Of a stretch of 54,366 nucleotides of DNA, positions 11,715-24,100 are shown in pieces. The stretch comes from Intoshia linei (taxonomy: Eukaryota > Animalia > Orthonectida). Each line of letters starts with the position of its first letter. Position 1 is the stretch's first letter. Both the position numbers and the translations under genes were made by a program. Below the pieces are notes generated by a model. That model had not been told where the DNA came from. It did no database searches and saw nothing but the letters and a program-made list of their open reading frames with translations. The stretch spans positions 1 through 54,366 of the forward strand of contig LWCA01000116.1 in the NCBI GenBank assembly GCA_001642005.1, in the 5' to 3' direction.

Positions 11715-11900
11715 TTTGAAATTTTGGTTAAAAATAAAGTTGGTTTGTTGTTGCCAAGATGAAATTTACAAATTTCAAATTTAAAAATTTATCATGTAGA
11801 GTAAAATTGCATCAATATTACGACGTAATATTTACGTTATTAAATCCACAAATTTGATCAATAATAAATTAAAAGATTGGAATATTTACATTTATTTATA

Positions 11901-12667
11901 TTATTTTTTTTCATTAGAATCCAAGAAAATTTGTGCATTTTATTTTGCTTTCAATTATTTGTTTTAACCACTCTTGTCGAAAACGTAGTTGATCAATTCT
12001 TAATTTTTTATAATAGAGAATCATTATATTTAGTACCGTTTAATAATAAATCTCCAACATTCCAAAGTATAGTGAATTTCAACTGGTTCATTCTTGGGTT
12101 TTATTTTTGATACAATAAAAGTAAAATAAATTGACGCTGTGGCACGAGGAACAGGCTATATTTAAAATTAAAACATTGGTACAATACAATTTATTTGCAA
12201 TTACATACAATGTACTATATATAGTAATTGTATCTCACGTAATACATAAATTACCATTTGCCGAGTTGGTATACTCCATCGGGTTTCAAAGTAATGTCTA
12301 GTATCAAACTCTCGATCTTCTGTTCCAATGAATTCCAGAAAGTATTTCCAAGACGTATTAAATGACCAACTCTAAAATTTATGTGTTTAGTTTGATACAT
12401 GTTTAATTTGGTTACATTTATAATTTCAACAATTTTTTGACGGGCACATTCAGAATTGTAAAGACCAATTTTTATGTCTTGTATTGGTTTTGGTGTATGT
12501 TCTTTATCAACGTTTTGATTGTACAAATTATCTTGCAATTTACAAAATTTGATGAAATTGTTGTGCAAATCCGAGGTAGTTTTTTCCTCAGATGAGTTTA
12601 ACAGGACCAAAGATATCAATTTTTGAGATTCTAATTGAACGTCTAAACTTTTCGTTTTACCTTCCAT
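11901..12667 (-). CDS. AKAP14: A-kinase anchor protein 14 (AKAP28 family, motile-cilia protein)-like, 4+ exons
   Basis: Exons 12667-12416, 12371-12255, 12155-12037, 11998-11901 give ...RHYFETRWSIPTRQM|PVPRATASIYFTFIVSKIKPKNEPVEIHY...LRFRQEWLKQIIESK, matching the AKAP28 motifs RWSIPT, PRATASxYF and FRxxWLKxIIESK. An extra upstream exon is possible. Confidence 0.85.
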
Positions 12668-12879
12668 TCTATTTTTTACTTAATTGTAACCATTAATTGG
12701 TCTTATAATGTTTACTGTTTCCATGTTTGGTTTTGTACAAGTAGGGCAGGCAGTTGTGTATTGTTCCAGTTCAATTGTGTAGTTTTAGTACAGTTAATTT
12801 AATTAGGTTTGTCATTCTATACTAATTATTTTATTTTTATTTATAAATTTCACTCATAATTCACCAATTTTATTCATAT

Positions 12880-13172
12880 TATACAATATTAAAATTATCA
12901 ACCAATATTTGTTAAAATATTTCGATTAAAATGTAAATATTAATCCTGCCATTTCAAAAAAAAATGTGCATTGAACGTCTACACATTTTCAATAAAAGAT
13001 ATGGGTGAAAATCTATTAAATTCATTCCTTCTTATTTTCAAAACATTTTGTTTAAAATTTAAATTACTACTACAATAGTAGGATTTTTATGTTAGATTTT
13101 TTTGGTAGAATAAAAATGTACCCTCGATAGAGCTAGGTATTGTTTGTACGTAGTACATAACAGTCAACCTAG
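12880..13172 (+). mobile_element. Short Helitron-like repeat copy
   Basis: Ends ...gagctaggtattgtttgtacgtagtacataacagtcaacCTAG|T. Confidence 0.7.
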
Positions 13173-13693
13173 TAAAATATAATTGTTTATAAATTTATGA
13201 AAAATGATTTAATTGTATGAAATTTACCTTTATATAACAACCGAAACTCTTATTCTCCCTATTAATATAATTTAAATAATATAAATATTTTTAATTTGCG
13301 AACTGAACTATTATTGTAGTAAAAAAATATAGTATTGTATATGATATATCACATTATTAAAATAATGTACAAAATAATAAACTTATCATTTATTTTAAAT
13401 TACAGTTTGAAAATATAATATTTTAAATTTTATCGTGAGCATATTTCATGAGTTATCGAATTTTACTTGTACAATTATTGTAGAATGTACTCAAAATATG
13501 AGCTATAACCAAAACTTTATTATATCACGACAACAATTTGTTTACAGTAAAGTTTAGATAAACCAATTGAGAATTTCAATTATAGATTTTGAAATAAATA
13601 TTAAATCATAGGATTATTAGAGTCCATTTCCATTAAATTTGTAAAAATTAGTTACAAGATTAAATTTCAAATAATTACATATTTTATAAAAAA

Positions 13694-13766
13694 TAGCAGA
13701 GCGTGGTTTCGATCCACGGACCTCTGGGTTATGGGCCCAGCACGCTATCCACTGCGCCACTCTGCT
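13694..13766 (-). tRNA. Initiator tRNA-Met (CAT)
   Basis: AGCAGAGTGGCGCAGTGGATAGCGTGCTGGGCCCATAACCCAGAGGTCCGTGGATCGAAACCACGCTCTGCTA: A1-U72 pair, GGG/CCC anticodon stem, ATCGAAA T-loop, downstream T-run. Confidence 0.97.
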
Positions 13767-13845
13767 GATTAAATAAATTCCAATAATGTTTAAATAGAAA
13801 TGTATTCCTTATGTATCCCTAACAGTATTCTTTGATATTTATATC

Positions 13846-13968
13846 AGTGGTTCTCAACCTTTATCATTTCGCGACCCTACCTGTTATGAACAACAAATTT
13901 TTATTAGTGGATGTGATTTCATGGAAAATTTTAAATCTTCTTGAGAATCCCCGGTTGAGAAACCATGA
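13846..13968. mobile_element. hAT-Charlie-type MITE
   Basis: cagtggttctcaacc ... ggttgagaaaccatg imperfect termini. Confidence 0.55.
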
Positions 13969-15599
13969 TTTACATCAATGTTTCCCTTGTAAATCCGCAT
14001 TAACATAATAAATTGCAATAAAAAAATATAAAGTAATAAAACGACTCTTACAATAATGACTTTTTATATCCCCAGGGAAAGACAAATGATTATCACATAA
14101 TTCACCTAATATTTTTTTACTTTGTATGATTTCTAAGTACCCATTACAATAAAATTTTGAAAACTACTTGGTTACAATTTGTAGCTAAAGATGACGTTGG
14201 TTTTGTAAATATATTCAAAATAACTTTAATTAACCAAAATGTTAAATTAAAAATATATAATTAACCTAATATATTGTATCAAGTATGAATAAAACTAATG
14301 CACTTGTTATAGAAGGTATTAAAATAATAATCTAGTTATTGTACAAGTGCATTTTTATTCGGTAGTATGAATAATTCATAATGAATTTAACCAATTGACA
14401 GAATCTTGACCCACTCTATATTCTTTTATTTATTCTGAACGTATCTAAAATTAGTTAGTAATTGCATTTAAATGTACATGACTATTATGGGAAATTTTGA
14501 ATATTGAAACTTATTGTAATACTAATGCATATAATAAAACGGATAAAATTCACCACAGTTTGTATTTTCTTGCGTTTGCAATGGAGTGTCATTTAAGTTA
14601 TTTCAAAAAGATTAATTAAGAATTAGAAATAAAATCGCTCATTAGCAGTAGAATAATCCTGTATCGAATCGAACGTGAAAATACGAACCCTGATAACTCT
14701 TCCTACTTGGTTAAATTCCTGGATATTAACCTTTTGACTTATTTACTAAAAATTTTGAATATTTTTAAAAAAATAATAAAAACTGTTTTAATTTTAATAT
14801 AGATTTTTATTATCAATAAAAATTTGCATTTATTTTAGCTGAAGGTTTAATATTAATATAAATTAATAATAATTGAAACAATGTATATTGATTATTTTAC
14901 ATTTCTCCTCTGTGTCTTGTATACTTTTTAATATACCTTTTAAAACAATGTAAACCCATGGTGTCAACTTATATGAGGGTGTATGTGTTTAAGAGGCTAT
15001 GATTAGAGTTTATTGAAATATACTTGTTATACAATGTAATCATTTATTTTTAAAATAAATTAACTATTTTTGAATAAACTGACTTAAATTAAACTCGTAT
15101 AGCTAGACTTCTGTACTTGATCCGAAGTGTGGAGTCCGAATATGAAATTTGTTACTTTTAAAGTATGTGTATTCGGATCATACCGGTTCATGCTTTTTAT
15201 ATAATATCACACGACCCGATTTGGTTTATTTGTACAGCTGTAAGAATCAGTATATAGTATATAATACGTAATTTACACTAGCTTTAGAATCAATACATCT
15301 CATAAAGTCTGAACCAAAAGCTAAGAACTACCTGGACCGTTTATTGTCGATGGGATTGGATAAATTTTGTAATTGTTAATATGTATGTTGCATAGAATGT
15401 CTACAACTGGTTTTAACATTTTGTTTTGAACCAAACTTTAAGGGGGGTTTTTTTAGTATTTTTTTTGAACCAAACTTTCAAGGGGGGTTGTAAGATTTTT
15501 TTTTAAACCAAACTTTATGGGGTAATTTTTTTAGAAATTTTTTGAATCAAACTTAAAGACAACTTTAAAATCTGGGTTAATCTTAAATCTTAATCTTAA

Positions 15600-16386
15600 C
15601 CCTTACGAGACAATTGGATGTATAAATGCCAAAAACTACACTCATAAATATAATTCAATTTACATTGGTTTGTATTAGGGATGACAAATAACCGGAAAAA
15701 AATTAACCAGTTAATTAACCGGTTAAAATTGATATAATAAATTTTTTATTATTACTATTATATATAATAAAATTTATTAGACATCTTTAAAAAATTGTTT
15801 TAAAAAACATAGTGCATCAATGTTTTCATCTGAAAGCCTAGATCTAATTTTAGTTAGAAATAGACTAACTGATGAAAATGTTCTTTCTGCTTCCACACTT
15901 GTCGCTAGAATAGACAATATAGACGTATATAATGATTCTAAAGGTTGAGTTCTTAGTTGTGTAATTTCGTAACATTTTAATACAGTACTGATGTTATTAT
16001 TGATAGGTATGATGTTTGTATTCTTGGCATTCATGTATTCTTTTAAAAATTGAGATTGATTATCATTATTTAAAATATCGTGATTTATTTGGGGTTCACG
16101 GAATTGTTTTTTTTCACTAAAATTGTCGTCAATATTCAATCTTTTAAGTTCTATTTCTATATTTAATCTTATTTTTTAGGCAATAATGGAAAAATAGTCT
16201 CCCTCATATTTCTAAAATCATGTAGATATGATATAATAGAATTTTTTTATACTACGTGATGTATATCGTTTAAAAATAAAGTCATAAAATTTGTGAATTT
16301 TGAGCTTTAAATTTTAGTGTTTTTTAACATTTCAAAAGTGAAATTTTTTGCTTTCAATTTTGAAAATCAGCATAGTCTCGTAAGGG
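15600..16386. mobile_element. piggyBac-type non-autonomous element with nested hAT fragment
   Basis: TTAA|CCCTTACGAGAC ... GTCTCGTAAGGG|TTAA: perfect 12-bp TIR and TTAA TSD. Confidence 0.85.
15676..16139 (-). pseudogene. hAT transposase 3' fragment (C-terminal dimerisation domain) with terminal TAGGGATG end
   Basis: LYTSILSILATSVEAERTFSSVSLFLTKIRSRLSDENIDALCFLK; TIR-like end at 15676. Confidence 0.85.
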
Positions 16387-17623
16387 TTAATCTTAAATCT
16401 TAAAAACCACCTTGAAAGTATGGTTCAAAAAAAATCTTAAAAACTTTCCTTCAAATTTGGTTCAAAAGAATTTCTAAAAAAACCACTTTTAAAGTTCTGT
16501 TCAAAAAAATTTCTAAAACTCAAAATTAAAATATAAATGAAAATTTTACACATTCTACGACTTGCCCATAGAATGTGTACATTTCACAGTTTTACCCATT
16601 ATATACGACATATAAGTATTGCGTATAAACCATTACCTGAAAACTATTTAAATTACCCGTTAAAAAAACCCTCAAACAACTTGAAATATTGATTTGAATT
16701 AGAACCAATTACATATGATAAATAGTCTTATTTATTTGTGTAATATTATTGATATATCTAATATTAATTATGCGAAATTAATATCATTGAATCTACATGG
16801 CACAGTAATTTGATAGAAATTTATTCAATAACACATATCATAACTTACGTTAGATCCTTGCACAGATACGGACGGAAAAACCTTTTTTACATATTGACCG
16901 ATCGAGTTATTCATTGTAAAATTTTCAATATACAGTAATAGATTTTTTGTAATGGCACTAATTGTACATCGTTGCTGGCTATGTAGCGGTTAATATAAAT
17001 AAAATGGTCGAAAATACTGGTAATGAATCATGATCACGATTCACAATCAATGTTTAAAATTTAAATAAACAGGCGATTACGGGTGATTGATGAATCATTT
17101 GGACGGCTACGAATATGTAAGAACCTGAACATCTCAGCGCATACAGGCAGAGCCGAACCTATTAAGATTGAGGTCACACGAAAATGAAAAATAGACTCAT
17201 CACAATTTTTGTCGAAAACGATGAGTAGTATCATATAGCTCCTAAGGATCTTGACTTGACATTTTAATTTTAACAAACATAAACTTCAGATATTCAAGAA
17301 TATAATTTTTTAAAGCTAAATTTGGAAAATGAGACCCCTATATTACAAAATTTAGAAATAGGGTTATAAGGTTAGGTTAGGTTCTGAATGCATGGCTGTA
17401 GTCTACAATGTACAGTGTACACTCTACATTACAATATGAAAATTGTAATTATGTATGTTATTTAAGAAAATAACAATCTTTTCCTTGAAACATTAATGTC
17501 AGAGTAGTTATTTCATGTCGATTTTGTATTTTTAGTTCAATTATTCCTAAAATTTCAATTTTTTAAAATAATAAGATTAACAATAATTTTACATATTTAC
17601 CCATTTATATAAGTATATTTTAA

Positions 17624-17707
17624 GTCAGGATGGCCGAGCGGTCTAAGGCGGTAGACTCAAGTTCTATTCCACTCATGTGGGCGTGGGTTCGAATCCCACT
17701 TCTGACA
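17624..17707 (+). tRNA. tRNA-Leu (CAA), intronless
   Basis: GTCAGGATGGCCGAGCGGTCTAAGGCGGTAGACTCAAGTTCTATTCCACTCATGTGGGCGTGGGTTCGAATCCCACTTCTGACA; long variable arm; T-run terminator. Confidence 0.95.
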
Positions 17708-18140
17708 TTTTTTTAATTTTTGTATTTATTGACTGTGACATTGCCAAATTACTTTTTTTAAATTTTCTATATGGTCAACTTACATTTTAGATCAGTATTT
17801 CTTAAACGGTGCACCTGATGCACTATTGCGTCCCAATAAATTTTATGTCTACCCAGTGAAAAATTGAATACGAACTATGCACCATTTAACAGTGTTGTTA
17901 AATCAGAATTTAAAAACTTTTAAATTTGCAGCTTTGTATTGTATTGAATGGTTCCGTTTGGACGCCAAAAATATTTCAGAAATTGGTAAAAAAAATTGCA
18001 TACTTAAAAATATAATTAATATTTACATTAAATTTAATAATTGATGTATATAACACCATGAAAACAATATTTACGTATAAATATTTTAGGGTCTATGGAC
18101 CATGATAAATAGATTTTGAATTTTGGGTTCCTCGACGTTT

Positions 18141-21100
18141 ATGACTTTGGGAAGCACTGGTTTAGATTTACTCTTAATTGTAAATTTTTATTTATTTTAA
18201 ACACTTTTTTTATATTTGGTTATTTTCATTGTTTAGACGTGGAAAACAACACTATAGCTGTGCAAAGTGAAAAAAATGAGTTGGACAGACAGAATTTTTT
18301 TAAAACAAACCAATCTACCATTATAAAACTTTTAGAAAATCAGATTGATCGGAAAGAAAAGGTTTGTATAGGGAATGTGTACTATATATACATAATATAT
18401 TTGGTAATAAGTATACATACAAGTAGACCTGTTCATGGTTTGGTTTGGTTCAGAACCATAAACCAGTTAAATTAAACCAAACCATTTAATCGGTTTACTA
18501 GCTTGTTTAACCATTTAAATTTATATTTATTTTATAAGTTCATCTTAAATAAAAAGATGTCCAAATCTCGATTCGAACCTATCCACGCAGAACACAATTA
18601 TATGACTGTAACCACTGTGCCAGTTAGACATCAAAAGTATATATTCGAATAAAATGAAAATAAATTTATTAAAGATAAATGGTTTAAACTATTTACAAAC
18701 CTAACCAAATCATGAACAGGTCTACATACAAGGCCCTGTATGGGTGCTAAAATAGTAACTCCTTTAATTATAAATGGATGATATTTGAAAACATGAAACG
18801 TATCATTTGTTACATAGTATTCAAACATCTATGTATTTACGATGACGTGGAACTGAATTTATTTGGATAAATGCTTCCAGTGTACAAGTTGAGTTTATTG
18901 AATTTTCCAGTTATCATACATGTATGTCGTTTTCTAATTTTCAAATTCTGCACAAAGAGTTAAAGATATTGACAAGGATATGATCTCAAATGAAGGTAAT
19001 ATTCTGGAGGCTTGGTAATAATTACCAGAAAAATTTTGGACATGAAAAACTTGGCCTTTAGATTTCAAATTTTCTTGTCAGTCACTAAATTTTTCATTTC
19101 AACTTATTTATGCCAACTTTTTACGACTATTAATTCTTTCAGATCTGCATTAAGAAGTAGCGATGTCCGATAAGTAGAACTAAAAAATAAACTCATTGTG
19201 TAAAACTGAAAGTTTCAAAAATATGATGTTAACATGAAAATCTCTATAAAAAATAAATAAATATGAACCATATATTTTTCTGTAGCTCCATAAAACATTG
19301 ATAGAAATAATTGTGTGAAAATTGAATTCGCTAGAAAAATTCGTTATGACCTCCGGTCATATTATAATGAACAAAATTATAATTCATTGTCAATTTATAT
19401 TATATCCAACCGTAGAATTCAGTCTTACCATTATTATTATTAATCCATATATTTTTCCTAATGTCTTTTATTCGGGTTTATTTTCTAACGTACGAACCGA
19501 GAAATTTGATTGTAAATTCTATTTTTTGACTATGGTAAATATTCATTTAGATTTCAAATCTTGTCAAAAATTGCAATAATTGGACAAAGGAAATGTCTGA
19601 CTTTAATAATTTGGTTGACAAGAGTCATCAAGAAAATAAAAAATTGATAAAACAGTATGTTACCATAATTATCTATATGAGAAGTTAAGAAAGAATACTT
19701 GGCTGAATGCAACTACAATGTCCGCTAAAATGTTACCTTACATTTTTGAGTGGATGTTAAAATTAGAATTTGAATGACCAGGCTTGATTTATCCTACTAT
19801 TTTTATAATTGTAAAAATTAAGTGGTTTTCTAATTAAAAGTTCATCCTGTCTAAAGATGTTAGATTATGAATGAAAAAATTTTTCTATAAGGAAAAATTC
19901 TATTAATACTTTGTAAATCACTGATATCACATTTTGATATACAATTGATGTTTAGAATGGAATCAGCAAATAGTATTTATCACAATTTTGGTCCAATTAT
20001 TCAATTTTTAACTTTGCCAAAGAAATTCTCTGAAGCCTTTAATTCCGAAAATATAAAGGATGCTATAGAAATTTATAGCTTTACGGAATCTCTCATCACA
20101 TGCTATCCTCAAATTAATTTTTTCCAGGTATACTTAATAAATATGAATGGTAGATAAAATAATAATAATATTATATTGACTATTTGTATTGCTTGTATAA
20201 CTGGAAGCACCGTCCTGTTGGAACACATAATCGGATAAGTTCATCATTTAGAGGAAGTGTGGAGATTATTGCTGATTATATTTATGTATTCAATTGAATT
20301 TATGGTTTTGTCAACTCATTGGTACGAAAAACAACCAATACCATTACACTATCAAATCAAATTTTTTTTGTAATGCCTTTCATTTTTCCGACAAAGTATT
20401 TTTTCCATACCATTATACCCGTATAACATTATTTTTGATTCATTCGACCAAATAACTGCTTTCTAAAATTTGTTGGGTTTTTCAATAAAGGGTAAAGATA
20501 GTTTTTTTCGCTTACACCTATTATTTTCTGGAATATAAGGTCGCCTTATTGGTGAAACATATATTAAACCCAATGGCTTATAATACCTCCCAACTCTTCT
20601 TGGAGAAATATCAATATTTAAATCTGTTTTTACCTAATTGCATATTTTGACTGAATTGGTTTTTTTGTCACTGTCAATAATATTGCGTATTTTGGAAGAC
20701 AATTGTAAAGTTCACTTTGAAGATCTACCGGAATAAAATTTTCGCGTCAGCTTACCGCCTTTCTCATATTTATTTATCACTTTGTTCACACCTCCAAGAA
20801 AATAATTCGGATTATTAGATATTTTCGTTTGTGTCGTTACTGTGACTCACATGCAAATGACTCTTTCCTGGTTTATTTTAGAATATTTTTTAGTCATGTA
20901 AAGGGTATTTTTAAATTATAATATTCAAATTTTATGACCGATAAATAAACTTTCACTTTTTTTGGCCAGGTATATGGTTTTGCCCAATTACATCGAATAG
21001 TATTGATTCAATATTGAAAATAAATATGGCATGTACCTAAACTTCTGAGCACCTTCATTTAACTGTTCTGTTATATCAATTAAAAACTTCCTTATACTTT

Positions 21101-24100
21101 ATTTCAAACTTTCACTTTTTTTTGTCCACAACTGTATAATATTATATCATTTATATAATAATAAGATGTAATAAAAGGTGCAGATCTAACATCCTAAGGT
21201 TTACCAGTCCGTATCAGCCAAAAGTTTCTATTAGCCGGTCGTACCGACACGTTATTTAATCTCTAATCCAAGCAAACAAAACTATCAGTATACGTAATTT
21301 ATACAGTATGCATTGATATTGAAAATTTTAGTTAATATTTGAAAGAATCAAAAAAATAGTTGATAAAAACATGTATCTGCTATTACGTTATATCGAAGGA
21401 AGGTTGAATGCAAACAAGGCACTAATATTTATTAGTGCACTAAGTACCTTTCGACATGCTAGTAATGAAGCTAGTTTGTTAATTTATTTTCAGGTTTTAA
21501 TTCATATGATTTGTTGCCAAATATTTTAGATTCGTCATCGAAACATTTCCAATAGCGTAGCTAATATTGATACAGACAATGGTAAAATTTTTTTGGTTTT
21601 CCAATGAGCTATTAGTACATTACTCCTGGCCAGTTTTCTTAACCGGTCCATCGCGGCGCATTGGTGCGCCATGTGTATTGTTCAATTACGCTGCAAAAAA
21701 ATTTGAGTCTGTTTGATAAAATTTTATAAGTCAGTATCAAACTTTTATATTGATTTCACTAAGCACAGATCTCCCATTAATAAACCAATATAATAATAAT
21801 TTCATTTAAAAAAAATATATTTTTATCGTTTTTCATCTTTGTAGATTTCTGAATATCAATGTATTTTTTTCTTATAACAATACAAGGTACAGCCAATTTT
21901 ATTTATATTTCACAGATGCACTTAATAAACCCTGAAGTAAAAAAGGTTAAGAAACACTGCTCCTGATTATATCAAATGTCTTCATTTTTGTCATGTGATA
22001 TACATGTGATGTAGTTGTGTTGGGAAAGAGTATGCTGGATGTAATTTTGTTTTATTCTAATTCCTAATTTAGCTTACTCAAAAATCGTTAAATTGTTAGA
22101 TGTTTATCAGAGTTTGTTTAAAGATACCATTATTATTTGTCATCAAGTTTTTAATGAAAGAAACTTATTAGATAAAACTAAAACTGATGAAAATGATTCC
22201 TTGTTATATGGAAATTGTATTGTCCTTCACTGGTCCAATATTGAAGTAATTTTTTACATTTCCTTCTTCTGTTTCTAATTTTAAAATTGTGTAGATTTCA
22301 CAATTAGTAAAAGATTTGGTTGAAAATATGAAGGAATTGGATTCCTATCAGTATGAATCTGCTTTACAATTATGTTTGGTTTACGCAAAATCACTTAAAG
22401 TGATTTGTTGCGATTTTTCAATAATATTCTTGAATAAATTGACCAAATTCAAAATGATGAGATTCAAAGACGATTTAAAATCTGCTGAAAAAAGGTATGT
22501 TTTTAATATAATATATTAATATTATTATATTAATTAATATTACATTTGTTTAATTGTAATATAAATTATATAAAATATTACCAACCAATATCGCAGTCGA
22601 ATTATAATCTTTGTCGATTATAATGTCATAATTATCATTACTCCCTGCTTTCATATTGCAACATTTAAAAAAATGAAAATATAACGTAAAAACTAAATAA
22701 AAAGCTGAATATTGCAATAATTACATTCGAATGATTAAAATTCAAAATTTGATAACATTTTGTATAAGAATATTACCTGGCTATTAATATTTATCAAATT
22801 GCGCTAAAAATTTTCTCATAAACTTGGTATAAACATAAATAAGACGGTAACTTGATAACAAAATTAATTTTAAATTCAACAAGCAAAAATAGTGATAAAG
22901 TATAAAAAAAAATTATATTTCCAAACTATTACTGCATTTCAACGAATATTGAAGATAGCCTGACATTTAAAGTTTTCTTTATATATACTACATATTACAA
23001 AATTAAAATTGAACTTTATTTTAAAGGAAATTAGCTTTTGAGTTTTTAAACGATGTACCGACTTTATAATATTGTCCATGTTTAGTTTTACTGTTTATTT
23101 TTTAAAATTTGTTTCTAGCTCAATTGTTTTGGATTTTATTTTTTGTTTGAATACAATTTAAATAATGTAAATAGCCAGAATTCGAGAAATTAAATCGTTA
23201 ATATTAAAATCCAAAAAAATTGAGCTAGAAAAAAATTTTAAAAAATAAACAGTATAACTAAACATGGACAATATTATAAAGTCGGTACATCGTCTAAAAA
23301 CTCAAAAGCTAATTTCCGTTAAAATAAAGTTCAATTTTAATTTTGTAATATGTAGTATATATAAAGAAAACTTTAAATGTCAGGCTATCTTCAATATTCG
23401 TTGAAATGCAGTAATATTTTGGAAATATAATTTTTTTAGACACTATACTGTACAGTGTACACTTCATAGGATTTTTAAAGGTTTAGTTTTTTAATTATAA
23501 ATTGAACATTTATATTATACATTTAGATATGAAAATACAATCTCTAATTTTGATTTGAATGGATTTACTTTGCGGAAACTGTCAGATAAGTTTGAAGAGG
23601 TTATATTTAGATAAGTACTTTGAAAATTACGGGCAGGTGTGATTTACAACTCTTGACTTTAAAAAATGTATATAATCATTGATTTATGTAAGACTTGCTA
23701 TTTGGAATGGAGTAAAATGTGATATTTTCGGCAAAACCATATGATAATATGACTTGTAAAATCTTGATTTATTAAATTTCATAAAATCAAAAAAAAAATG
23801 AAATTTTGACAAGCCCCAATTTATTATATAAAAAATTTATTTATAATGTAGGAAGTGGACCATATGAAACTAATGAATTACCCATTATTCGTTGTTGTAT
23901 GTAATGATGTCATTGATGGTTTGTACAAATTATCACACGTTACTGATACATGTGGTGCATTAGTCGATGAGTGGTTTTCATTGTTTCTAAAATCCATTTA
24001 TCAGACAACAAAAAATCGGTTATTCAGGTTATATTTACAATTTTATTTACAATTTTGAATTACAACTTTGTGACTTTTAAGACGAAGTTGGTTATAAATG

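Noticed and set aside
12251-12415. C-terminal part of the listed 138-aa ORF
   Set aside because: Reads through a 44-nt intron into the wrong frame; the spliced frame gives AKAP14 motifs.
17361-17383. (TTAGG)n telomere-like tract
   Set aside because: Only 2-3 units and adjacent to a dispersed repeat; not a telomere.
18556-18632. tRNA-Sec, because of the 9-bp acceptor-like stem
   Set aside because: No TCA anticodon arm, no T stem or long D stem, and it lies inside a MITE.
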